Positions 25,231-37,199 of a stretch of 64,000 nt of DNA are shown one piece after another. The stretch is from Mobula birostris. Lineage: Eukaryota. The notes under the pieces are model-generated. The model ran no database searches and had not been told where the DNA came from. It saw only the letters and a list, made by a program, of their open reading frames with translations. Location: assembly GCF_030028105.1 (NCBI RefSeq), contig NC_092383.1, positions 97,983,604 through 98,047,603 of the forward strand. The letters run 5' to 3'. Position 1 is the first letter of the stretch. Each line of letters starts with the position of its first letter. The position numbers and the translations under genes were made by a program.

Positions 25231-25401
25231 CGTCAGATGTACCGGATTTCTTTCCTTTACTTTAGTCCCCATGTGAGCGAGGTTCACGTGGTTTTTTGAA
25301 GAGTTTATAACAAACCAGATACAGAATGAACACAATGACGATCACGCTGAGGATCACGACAGCAATCTTCCAACCATTGTATGATGTTCTGAGATCTGGA
25401 T
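25231..25401 (-). CDS. Transmembrane exon, gene half B (DPDLRTSYNGWKIAVVILSVIVIVFILYLVCYKLFKKPREPRSHGD*) with premature TAA
   Basis: Same acceptor and donor as the 4002 exon, 171 nt. AAA(Lys) in arm A is TAA at 25264-25262. Confidence 0.75.
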
Positions 25402-26899
25402 CTGGGGAGGATAAAAGATTCTGTCATTAATCCCATCCTCACACTCCCAGTGACAAGGAATCGATGGATCCAGTCCATCCCACCACAGGCCAGAGAAAAC
25501 TCCCTGTCACTGCAACACTGTGCCTCAGTCCTCTTTAAACAGCCCCACATCACTCTGCTCCCTCATCACTCCACTCCATATTGTCCCTTCCAATTGTAGT
25601 CTCCAATGTCTCTGACAGTATCCTCAATGATGTTAGTCCAGCACCCTCACTCAGACCCTCAGTAACCCCTCTCCCCCAGCACACTCTGACTGACTGGCTG
25701 CTTCTAGTACGAAACGGTGACACAGTCCTCCCACACTCACAGGACAGGAATTAGACACAGAGGCAAGCTCCGTTCGCACTGACCCATCACCCACTCGCAG
25801 AGCCTGAGTTAGTTGCAGGAATCTGCGCTCAGTCGGTATATGGAAGGCTGTGGAGATGCAGGGAGATGATCTGTCTCCCTTTGACTGATGCTGGTGGGAA
25901 AGAGGGGAGGGGGTAGTAGGTGGAGATGACAATGTTCTTTACACTCTAAAATTGGTGACTGTGGAATGAAATACTGTTGGTAGAGGCAGAAGATCACCTG
26001 GGTATGACCCTGAAAGAGTGTGATGGTAAAGTGCACAGCCCAGGTCAGCAGGGCCTCTCTGCATGAAGAAGATTGATTTTTATATCACAGGTTTTTGTGA
26101 GGCCTCAACAATCCTGGGTGAAGAGGCTGCACAACGTCAAAGACCCAGCACAGGACAGCAGGAACAGATCCCCCAACCCACACTTCCACTCCCTGCCCCA
26201 CCATAATTTATCTCTCCTCCCCTGCTCCCCTGTGTTGTTGTTACTGGATTGTACTGTGGTTGTATCTCCTAAGGCCTGTGAACCTGATGGATATCTCAGT
26301 CTCACCAGTGGTGGGACACTCCCATAGTTACATCAGTGTGGACCTGATGGTCATCTCACTGTCATCAGTGGTGGGACACTCCCATAGTTATATCACTGTG
26401 GACCTGGAGAACAGCTCATTCTCTCTGATGGTGGGACACTCCCACAATTACCACTGTGGACCTGATGGATATCTCTCACCGGCGGTGGTATCATTCCATT
26501 GCTACAACACTGTGTGCCTGCTGGACAACTCATTGTCTCCAGTGGTGGGACGTTCCCAGTTAGACCACTGTGGGTATGGGGGACAGATCAGTCTTTCTGG
26601 TGGTGGGACGTTCCACCAGTTACACCACTGTGGATGCAATGGATACCTCACTTTCTCCAGTGAGTGATTATCGGACACCCAGTGACATTGCAGCTTCATT
26701 CATTCGTATTGCACAGTCGCTGTTCAAACTGCTATGGAAGAGTGTGGAGACAAACTATGGTCACACCAACATGAACCTCAAAGTCTGTTTAAAGGGAATG
26801 GTTGAGGTTGTTGTCTCTTTTGCAACTGTCACAGCTTTGGAAAAGTAGTGTTAGACCGAGCTCAGCCTGACAATCGAGTTGATTATGTTGCTTGCCCTC

Positions 26900-29660
26900 A
26901 GGGGAACACATGTAATTAGGACATTGTAGCCATTAGGAAGACATGATTGCAGGAGGGGCAAGACTGGCAGCTCAATATTACGGGGTTCCGTTGTTTTAGA
27001 TGTGACAGAGTGGGAGGGATTAAAGGAGGAGGGCTGGCGTTACTAGTCAGAGAGAATATCACCGCAGAGCTCCATCAGGGTTGACTGGAGAACTTGACTA
27101 GTGAGGCGTTACGGGTGGAACTGAGAAATACAAAAAAAGAATGACCACGTTAGTGGGGCTAAATTACAAACAACCCAATAGTCCACAGGATTTAGAGGAA
27201 CAAATTTATAGAGAGCTTGCAGACTGTTGCCAGAAACACAAGGTTGTTATAGTAGGTGATCTTAACTTTCCACAGATTGGCTGGGAATCCCATACCGTAA
27301 AAGGACGAGATGGGATAGAGTTTGTCAAATGTGTTCAGGAAAGTTTCCTTCATCAGTGTGTAGAAGTCCCAACGAGAGTTGCTGATATTAATTCTGCTAT
27401 TAGGAAATGAGACAGGGCAGATGACAGAAGTTTGTGCAGAGGAACTCTTTGTATCTAGTGACGACAATGCCATTAGTTTCAAAGTGAATATACAAAGAGG
27501 TAGTCCAACCACAAACAAGAGAAAATCTGCAGATGCTAGAAATCCAAGCAACACCCACAAAATGCTAGAGGAACTTAGCCGGCCAGGCAGCATCTATGGA
27601 AAAGAGTACAGTTGACATTTCAGGCCGAGACCCTCAGGGTCGACGGTACTGTTTTCTTTAGGTGCTGCCTGACCTGTTGACTTCCTCCAGCATTTTGTCT
27701 ATGATGCAGATAGATCTGGTCTGTGAATTGAGATCCTAAATTGGAGAAAGGCCAATTTTGATGGTATCAGAAATTATCTGGCAAGTGTGGTTTGGGACAG
27801 GCTGTTTCTAACAAAGGTGTACTTGGAAAGTAGAAGGCCTTTAAAAATGAAATTTTGAGAATACAGAGATTTTATGTGCCTGTGAGAATAAAAAGTTAAA
27901 GATAACACGTGTAGGGAACTTTGGTTTTCAAGAGATCTGGAGCCCCTGTTTCAGAGATAAAAGGGGGTATATAGCAGGCATAGGCAAGTATGAACAAATG
28001 AGGTGCTTATGAAACACAAGAAATGCAAAGGAAGACTTAAGAAAGAAATTAGAAAGACTAAAAGAAGGTTTGAAGTTGCTCTAGCAGACAAGGTGAAGGG
28101 GAATCCTAAAGGATTCTACAGGTATGTTAAGAGCAAAAGGATTGCTAGGGACAAAATTGGTCTGCTGGAAGACCTGAATGGTAGTCCATGTGTGGAGCCA
28201 GAACGGATGGGGAGATCTTAAATGCCTTCTTTGCATCTGTATTTACTCCGGAGATGGATACACAGTCTACAGTAGTGAGCCATAGTGGCAACTGCATGGA
28301 TCCTCCACAGATTACAGAGCAGGAGGTGTTTGCCACCCTGAAACAAATCAGGGTGGATAAATCCGCATGACCCGATAAGCTGCTCCCTCGGATCCTATGG
28401 AAGCCAAGTGCAGAAATCTCCAGGGGTCTAGCAGAGATATTTAAATCACCCTCAGCGATAGGAGAGATACCAAAGGATTGGAGGATAGCCAATGTTGTTC
28501 CACTGTTTAAAAAAAGGCTGTAAGGGACCCAATATATAAGTAATTGGATAGATAGAAACATAGAAACATAGAGAACCTACAGCACAGTTCAGGCCTTTCG
28601 GCCCACAAAGTTGTGCCGAACCTGTCCTTACCTTAGAAATTACTAGGCTTACTTATAGCCCTCTATTTTTCTAAGCTCCATGTACCAAACCAAAAGTCTC
28701 TTCAATGACCCTATCGTATCCGCCTCCACCAATGTTGCCAGCAGCCCATTCCACGCACTCACCACTCTCTGATTAAAAACTTACCCCTGACATCTCACCT
28801 GTACATACTCCCCAGCACCTTAAACCTGTGTCCTCTTGGGGTAACCGTTTCAGCCCTAGAAAAAAAAACCTCTGACTATCCACACGATCAATGCCTCTCA
28901 TCATCTTATACACTTCAATCACGTTACCTCTCATCCTCTGCCGCTCCGAGGAGAAACGGCTGAGTTCACTCAACCTATTCTCATAAGGCATGCTCCCCAA
29001 TCCAGGCAACATGCTTGTAAATCTCCTCTGCACCCTTTCTATGGCTTCCACATCCTTCCTGTAGTGAGGTCACCAGAACTGAGCACAGTACTCCAAGTGG
29101 AGTCTGACCAGGGTCCTATATAGCTACAACATTACCTCTCGGCTCCTAAATTCAGTTCCATGATTGATGAAGGCCAATACGCTGTATGCCTTCTTAACCG
29201 CAGAGTCAACCTGCGCAGCTGCTTTGAGTGTCCCATGGACTCGGACACAAGATCCCTCTAATCCTCCACACTGCCAAGAGTCTTACCATTAATACTATAT
29301 TCTGCCATCACATTTGACCGACCAAAATGAACCACTTCACACTTTTCTAGGTTGAACTCTATCTGCCACTTCTCAGCCCAGTTTTGCATCCTATCAATAT
29401 CCCGCTCTAACCTCTGACAGCCCTCCACACTATCTACAGCACCTCCAACCTTTGTGTCATCAGCAAACTTACTAACCCATCCCTCCAATTCCTCATCCAA
29501 TTAATTTATAAAAATCACGAAGAGTAAGGGTTCCAGAACAGATCCCTGAGGCAATCCTCTGGTGACAGACCTCCATGCAGAACTTCACCCATCTACAACC
29601 ATACTTTGCCTTCTGTGGGCAAGCCAGTTCTGGATCGACAAAGCAATGTCCCCTTGGATC
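26900..29660. mobile_element. CR1 ORF2 fragments: plus-strand endonuclease/linker 26900-28530, minus-strand 3' end 28550-29660
   Basis: KGNPKGFYRYVKSKR..IGLLED, LNAFFASVFT, ELEGWVSKFADDTKVGG and EAIERVQRRFT motifs. Confidence 0.88.
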
Positions 29661-30850
29661 CCATGCCTAACCTGAGTCGCCAGGGCTCGCTGAGAGACAA
29701 TGTTGTGTCCATCCAGTAATTGCAAGGAGTTTGGATGGTGGCGCTGTCTTGGAGGACTGTCCCGTAGAGGGGTGTTTCCCAAGGAGCAGCGTCACTGGCA
29801 GCATCGCCACTAGAGGTCGCTGCTCAGCTTTCTGCTAATGCTTCACTCTATATCTCCATCAAACGTACTTTAATTCAAATAGGCTTATTACATACTGTAG
29901 TTCATTTTCACTCAGTTCACTTCAGTTAGTGCAATGACTTGGTCTTTAGAAATTTTACTGTCTCCATCATACTGTTTTTGTATTTGATCAGTTTTCTTCT
30001 TCCACTTATTCAGTTAACTTTTCCATTTGCTCTGATAACTTACATGTTCATTTTTCCAACACACCACGTATTTGTTTCTTCAACTGCAATAAAACCGCTG
30101 ACTGCTAATGTCAGTTTAATATGGTCTAGTTGTCACACTTTATTAGACTCAATATTGATAGTACATTTTATCTGGATTTCTTCATTTTTCTAGTGAAGTT
30201 TAAATACTTTGTTCGGGTATGAACTCAAACCTTAGTCATCCGTTTCCACATGACAAATGGAGATTCAGTTTCCCCTTTTTCTGTAGTGTAGCCTCTATTG
30301 CCAAAGATGAAGCCACGCTCACGTCGGAGGAGGAACACTTTGATATTCTGTCAGAGTAGCCTTCAACCAGATGGCATGAATATCGATTTCTCAAGCTTCC
30401 AATAATAGCCTTCTCCTCCTCTCCTTCACCACTCCCTATTCTTGTTTCCCTCTCACAACTTCTCTTCCAACCTGCATATCCTCATCAGTTTCGAACCTTC
30501 TCCGGCCCTTTATCTCTTTCAGCAATCACCTTCCCAGCTCTTCTTCACTACACCCATTCCCCCTCCCCCTTCCAGTTTCACCTTTCGCCTCTCCCCACTT
30601 TCTTATTTTAACTTTACCCCTTCTTTGCAGTCCCGATGGAGGACTGGGCCTGTAACGTCCACTGTTTACTCTTTTCTATAGATGCTGAGTTCCGTCAGCA
30701 TTTTGTGTGCTGCTTTGGATATCCAGTATCTGCAAATTTTCTCGTGTTTCTCTTGTTTTGAAGATCCCCTTAATTTTGTCCTGCATAACGCAGTAAATAA
30801 GCCGATAGTCTTTTCTTCAACACGCATTTCTTGAGTATACACGTGGAACG
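29660..30850 (-). repeat. Segment Y', inverted paralog of 12740-16660 without the CR1 and fold-back insertions
   Basis: Continuous gagttcatacccgaacaaagtatt (minus) at ~30200-30225, where Y has the 1.8-kb CR1. Confidence 0.85.
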
Positions 30851-30859
30851 CTCTGGTTC

Positions 30860-31990
30860 TGTCGGCTGCTTAAGTCTAGGGAAGACAATCTCCAACCCCA
30901 GCCAAACGTGTGACATTGAGGTGCGAGCCCACCCCGAAACACCCTATTTGTGTGGATGCGGCCCTATTACAAATCAGTACCACGAAGTACACAGTACACC
31001 GCACACAATTAAACAATTTAGCTTCATAATTCTTAATTTCACGAAAGGGCTGGTAAAGAAAAAAGCAAAGAAAGGGCCCATTTTAATCAAACAGCCTAAT
31101 GTGCACAAGTTGGAGCTCACGGTTTCCTCTTCGCCGATCTCCCTTCAATCTCCCCGGGCTTCGTTGAATCATGGCCCCGCTGCGGATTGAGTCCTACGAC
31201 CCCTTCTCTCCGGCGTCTTCTCCCTTCATCTCCCACCAAACCAAAGACCCAGCTCACGCCGGTGTCAGGCACACAACACGAAAACTCACTCCCTTCATTG
31301 GACGTCTCTCATTCCAAAACACCCGTTATCTCTAACCATAACCCAAACACTGCTTCTACAGAAAAACCATTACGTTAGCAGTGAACCCTTTCCCAGGGTG
31401 AGACACTCTCCCCCCACCGAAGTAAGTCTTGTTCTCAGGATATTGAGTTAATTTGCCACCCGTTCATACAAAGAACAAAGCTCAACCCAAGTGTAAATGG
31501 CAGTGACGCAGCTCCCCAAGGACATAGATGCCACATTCTGTTCCCCTGCTGCGACATAGGCCAGCTTATTTGGTTGTCTGCTCATTCTTTGAGACCGCTT
31601 TACCCTGTCATCTACTTCTTCAGGTTCAGACACTCCTTGGGATACTTCTGTCTACGTGGCGAGGCCTCCCCCAGTCTATCACTCGTGCCCTCCTGCAACT
31701 CGGACCTCTCTGAAACGTTGCTGAGCCCCGCTCCATCCTTTTCATGGTCCCGCTGAAATCCAGTCTGTCCACGGTAAGCACACCCCCACCCCCACCCGAT
31801 TTCACCTGACTCAGCGTGAGAGACGTTGGGAATCTCTTCTTCAATCAATGGAAAGTTAGCAAAAGGCAGCATATACCACACCCCCATTTCCTCATCCTCC
31901 GAGTCTGTATTCCATTCAGCGGCGGGGCCGTTCTAATCTCTCCAGCTCTCTCCTTACAGGTTCCCATTGTGTGTGTGCTCTCTGACGGTC
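30860..31990 (-). mobile_element. Gypsy-like LTR retrotransposon 3' end: pol C-terminus, PPT and 3' LTR (~30860-31405)
   Basis: Minus ORF ends RVKRSQRMSRQPNKLAY. Purine tract GGGGGGGAGAG abuts TGTCTCAC at 31405. The LTR ends in ACA at 30860 (alternatively 30909). Confidence 0.7.
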
Positions 31991-33479
31991 GTGGTCGACC
32001 ATGGGTTTTGCGCCTCTGGTAGTCACTGTCCGACGCTATGAAGCGAAGCCTCTCCCGGGCGCAAACCAGGGCAGAGTTGATATGGAAATCCGTCTGTTGC
32101 CCATGCAGTGGGGCCCCCTCTCCATGCTGATGACAGGTCCAAAGGAACGACGAGAGTCGATGCAGTTTGGTGCCAGCAGCACAGCAGGAGTTGCCATGTC
32201 GGTGCTGGGTACAGCAGTCAGCCGCCTTCGGGACTCCGACTCCGAATTTTTCCTCGGGGTTTACTCCCAAAGCCTTTCCCATGAGCGGGTATAGCCGCAA
32301 GGCAGCGGAGGTTTGAAATCGGAGTTTTCCCTCTCCTGGGTGAGCTACCATCCGTGGCTAACGAGCCCCGTCTGCCCGGAGCAACTGGTTTGAAGGCGCC
32401 TTTGCCTCTTCTCCTGTCAGTGAGAACAGCTCCGCCGGGCATAAGAACTATGCCACACGTGAAGGCCAGGAGTCTGCACCAGCTCTGTAGCCCCATCACG
32501 ATCCGCCCCACCGCCACGCGGGTTTATCAAAGTAGAACAGGTCCTCATGGTGAGACGATTTTTTGACTCGCGCGCTGTTTGGGGAGTTTGGCAATGGGAG
32601 GGATTCGGAGCCGAGAAGAGGTGCTGGTTGCCTGAAAGAGACATCTTGTATCCGACTTTCATCCGCGACTCCAATCACCGCCTCTCCGAACAGCCAGGGA
32701 GGGGGTTTTGTTATGAGATGTTTCCAACCATGACAGCTTCTGGGATTCAGACGCTAGAAGTCTGGCTACTGTCAGCAGTGATACACAAAATGCTGGAGGA
32801 ACTCAGCAGGCCAGGCTGCATCTATGGAAAAGAGTATGTAGTATTCTGCAGTGTGTTGAAACTCTGACTAAACACCAGGTTAAACCGGAGCCAATGAAGA
32901 CAGAGTCGTAGTAAGGTTAACCATTTACTGTGCACTCTTCCACATTAACGTCGTATGGTGAAAACTGTTGATAGAAAAATACAAATATATTCAGTACAGC
33001 GTCTGTTTCATTCTGGAGACCACCCGCTCTCTCTTCTTTTAGCAAGAGTCTCCGGCCGCCCCGAGTAGGGGGCGACGGGGTCGCGTCAAACCGCCGCCGG
33101 GCCCAAGCTGACACGCGCGCCGCCCCAACCGCGGCTTCCTTAACAGAAACCTCGTTAATATTTTTACTTCAAATACATTCATATGAATTTACGGCGTTGC
33201 TTCTATAATGTTTCTTTGTGGGTAGACACGGAGCTCTTCACGATCACGCTGCACGCGTGGCTCCCGCCTTCACACCTTCTCCGAACCAGAAGTTACACAC
33301 AAGACGCGGCGAAACCGGAGGTGACGTCATCGCATGCCGCGATATACCATAGACAATGAATTTACTTTTGTTAAACTGTAACATAGTCATCAACCTTTAA
33401 CTTTACCTAGAAAATAGTTACAAACAAATCATTTAAAACGTAGACCCAACAAAGTCAAATAAATGCCTTAAAGGCAACA

Positions 33480-35340
33480 CAGAGTACAGTCAACGTTTCG
33501 GAAAGAGTTCCTTCAGCAGGCCTGGAGCAAAAGGCTGCGAAATAGATTTACAAGGTGCAGGGGGCGAGGGAGAGAAAGATAAAGTGATAGGTGAAACTGG
33601 AAGGGGGAGGGATGAAGTAAAGAGCTGGGAAGTTGATCGGTGAAAGAGATATAGGGCTGGAGATGGGCGAGTGTGACAGGGGAGAAAGGAAAGATGGGAG
33701 GAATACCAGAGGGAGGAGATGGATGGGCAGGGAGATAAGGTGAGAGAGGGTTATGAGGATGGGGAATGGTGAAAGTGAGGGGGTTACCGGAAGTTTGAGA
33801 AATTGACGTTCATGCCATCAGGTTGGAGGCTACTCAGACAGAATGTAAGGTGTCATTCCTCCAGCATAAGTGTGGCCTCATCACGACAGTGGAGGAGGCC
33901 ATGAATGGACTTATCGGAATGGGAATGGGAAGTGGAATTAAAATGGATGGCCATTGGGAGATCGCGCTTTTTCTGGCGGAAGAGCGTAGGTGCTCGGTGA
34001 AATGGCCTACCAATCTATGTTGGGTCACACCAATATACAGGAGACCAGACTAGGAGCACTGGACACGGTATCTGACCCCAACACACGCAGAGCTGAAGTG
34101 TCCCCTCACCTGGAGGAACTGTTTAGGGCCCTGAATGGTCATGAGGGAGGAGGTATATGGGCAGGTGTAGCATTTGTTCTGCTTGCAAGGATAAGTGTCA
34201 GGGGGAGAACAGTGAGAAGGGACGAATGGATAGAGGAGTCATGTAGAAAGCAGATAGTGGTTGGGGGGGGGGATGTGCTTGGTGGTGGCATCCCATTGAA
34301 GGTGGCGGAAGTTACGGAGAATAATGTGCTGGATGCAGAGGGTGGTGGGGTGGTAGGTGAGGAGAAGAGGGAACCTATCCATGGTAGGGTGGTGGGAGGA
34401 TGGTGTGAGAGCAGACGTGCGTGAAATAGAAGAGCAACTTTGATGATGGAGGAAGGGAAGCCCCTTTCTTTGAAGAAGGAGGACATCTTCATTCTGGAAA
34501 GAAAAACGTCATCTTGAGAGCAAATGCGGTGGAGACGGAGGTATTCAGAGAAGGGGATGGCGTATTTACAAGTAACAGGGTGGGAAGAGGAATAGTCCAG
34601 ATAGCTGTGAGAGTCTGGGGGTTTGTAATAGATAACAGCAGATGAGCTGTCTCCAGAGATAGAAACAGAGAGATCCAGAAAGGGGAGGGAGGTGTCGGAA
34701 ATGGAGCAGGTGAATTTGAGGGTAGGGTGGATGTTGGAGGCAAAGTGGATGAAGTTGACTAGTTCAGCATGGGTGCAGGAAGCTGCACCAATGCAGTCGT
34801 CAAAGTAGCGCAGGCAAAGAGCAGGACGGTCACCAGTGTAGGCTTGCAACATTGACTGTTCCTCGTAGCCGACAAACAAACGGGATTCGCTGGGACCCAT
34901 GCGAGTGCCCATGGTTACACCTCTTGTTTGAAGGAAGTGAGAGGAGCCAAAGGAGAAATAACATGGAGTGAGGACAAGTTCTGCTAGGTGGAGAGGAGTG
35001 GTGGTGGAGCGGAACTGGGCTCCAGAAAAAAAACGAGAGCTTTGAGGCTTTCCTGGTGGGGGACGGAGGTGTATAGGGACTGGACATCCATTGTAAAAAT
35101 AAGATGATGGTGGCCAGGGAACCTGAGATCATGGAAAAGATTCAGAGTGTGGCAAGTGTTACGGATGTAGGTAGGAAGGTATTGAAGTAGGGGCGATAAG
35201 ACAGAGTTGGGGTATGCGGACATGAGTTCAGTGGAGCAGGATCAAGCTGAAACAATGGGTCTATCTGGACCAGCGGGTTTGTGGATCTTGGGAAGGAGGT
35301 AGAAGCGGGAGGTGCAGGGTGTGGGAACTATGAGGTTGGT
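33480..35340 (-). mobile_element. Penelope-like element RT + GIY-YIG region, degraded
   Basis: FTMDVQSLYT, MGTRMGPS, LRYFDDCIG, LPFLDL, YLDYSSSHP and GHFTEHLRS motifs, with a 3' terminal repeat. Confidence 0.88.
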
Positions 35341-35829
35341 TGGCAGTGATGTGTTTTTGAGGATGGAATATTGGGCTCACTCATTCGTTATGTGCCATGT
35401 TAAATGATCTGACTGATCATGGTCTTTCCATAACCATAATTGTTCTTGGCGACTTTTTCTACAGAAGTGGTTTGCCATTGCCTTCAGGGCAGTGTCTTTA
35501 CAAGACAGGTGACCCCAGTCAATATTCTTCAGAGATTGTCTACCTGGGATCAGATGTCAACTGAGGTGAAGTGGTATGCATGTAGGGAGTTTTTTTAGCC
35601 TGGGTGTTGATTGGAGTGGAATGTTCATTAGTGTTGGGCTGTTGTTTGCCGTGAGGATTGTTTCGGATGGGTTGTTGTTTTGTGTAACCATTAGGGTTTA
35701 GTGTTGATTAGGGTGTGTTTTTTGATGTCTGTTGGGTGTTAGTGATGTGTTCTTTCGAGGTGAGTTATTGTCTGAGAGGTGTTTCTCAATGTGGCTGGTC
35801 TGTTGGGGGGGGGTGCGATAATGTTTAAA

Positions 35830-36225
35830 GGCAGGGTATTGGACGTGGTCTGTTGGGGGTGGGGTGACATTTGGGGCAGGGTGTTGGATGTGGTCGGTTG
35901 GGGATGGGGTGACATTTGGGGCAGGGTGTTGGATGTGGTCGGTTGGGGATGGGGTGACATTTGGGGCAGGGTGTTGGATGTGGTCGGTTGGGGATGGGGT
36001 GGTGTTTGAAGACGGGTGACATTTGGGGCAGGGTGTTGGATGTGGTCGGTTGGGGATGGGGTGGTGTTTGAAGACGGGTGACATTTGGGGCAGGGTGTTG
36101 GATGTGGTCGGTTGGGGATGGGGTGGTGTTTGAAGACGGGTGACATTTGGGGCAGGGTGTTGGATGTGGTCGGTTGGGGATGGGGTGGTGTTTGAAGACG
36201 GGTGACATTTGGGGCAGGGTGTTGG
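35830..36225. repeat. G/T-rich VNTR: 45-bp units then 62-bp units
   Basis: Unit starts at 35861, 35906, 35951, 36014, 36076, 36138, 36200; the units are nearly identical. Confidence 0.92.
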
Positions 36226-36679
36226 GTTCTGCCATTGCAGTGTCGTAGAGAATACAGCTCAAAAATAGGCCCTTCGACCCATCTAATAGATGCCAGTCTG
36301 TTTTTCTGCCTGGTCCCTTCTACCGACATGTTCGCCTTAGCCCTCCATACCTCTTTCATCTATCCAAAGTTCTTAAGCCCCTCTCCATCATCTCTGTTGT
36401 CAGCTTGGTCCACACCCACACCCTTCTGAGTGAAGAACCTCCCATCAAATATTTAACTTTGCACCTATAACCTGTGACCTCTCCTTCTACTCACCCAACC
36501 TCAGGGTAGAAACCTGCATGTATTTACCCTATCTATACCTCTCTATAAGATATCCCCTCATTCTCCTGCACTTGAGGGTGTAAAGTCCTACCCGATCCAA
36601 CCTTTCTTTATAACTCAGATCCCCAAGTCCCAGTGAGATTGGTGAAAAATTTCCCTGCATTCCTTCAAGCTTGCGGAAG

Positions 36680-36940
36680 TTGGGGGTTAGCACAACACTT
36701 CACAGTGCTAGCGACCCGGGTTCGGTTCCTGACACTGTACGTTCTACCCATGACCACGTGGGTTTCCGACGGTTGTTCCGGTTTCCTCCCACAGTCCAAA
36801 GACGTATTAGTTAGTAGATTAATTGTTCATTGTAAATTGTCCCGTGACTAGGCTTGGGTTAAATCGGGGGTTGCTGGGCAGCATGGCTCGAAAGGCTGGT
36901 AGGGCTCATTCCGTGCTCTATTTCAATTAATAAATAAATA
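36680..36940 (+). mobile_element. tRNA-derived SINE, V-SINE/HE1-like
   Basis: ggttagcacaac..gggttc head, ccggtttcctcccacagtccaaagacgt core, aataaataaata tail. Confidence 0.75.
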
Positions 36941-37199
36941 GAAAAATTATTCATGTGGGTAAGTGATCAGAAGTGCACACAATACTACAAATTTGTCTTC
37001 ATCAATGTCTTTTATCACTTCAACATAACTCGCCAACTCCTGTACTCAGTACTCTGATTTATGAAGGCTAATGTCGCAAAAGCTCTCTTTATGACCCATT
37101 TTATCCGGTTTTATTCGCTTTTTCTCCAAACCGCTGCTCCGGGATCATCTCGCAGTCCCATATTGCAGAAAGGCGATTATCCAGAATTTCTCGGCGTCT

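Larger units (their letters stand above)
18230..27425 (-). repeat. Arm B of the inverted segmental duplication
   Basis: Reverse-complement paralog of 1824-11820, including the same CR1 fragments, minisatellites and exons. Confidence 0.95.

Noticed and set aside
32000-32740. GC-rich ORF cluster
   Set aside because: It looks like the non-coding 5' part of an unclassified LINE-related repeat. I recognised no protein motif and could not assign a family.
35698-36359. Pro/Thr-rich ORFs of up to 206 aa
   Set aside because: They come from the G-rich VNTR and are open in several frames, with no splice context.
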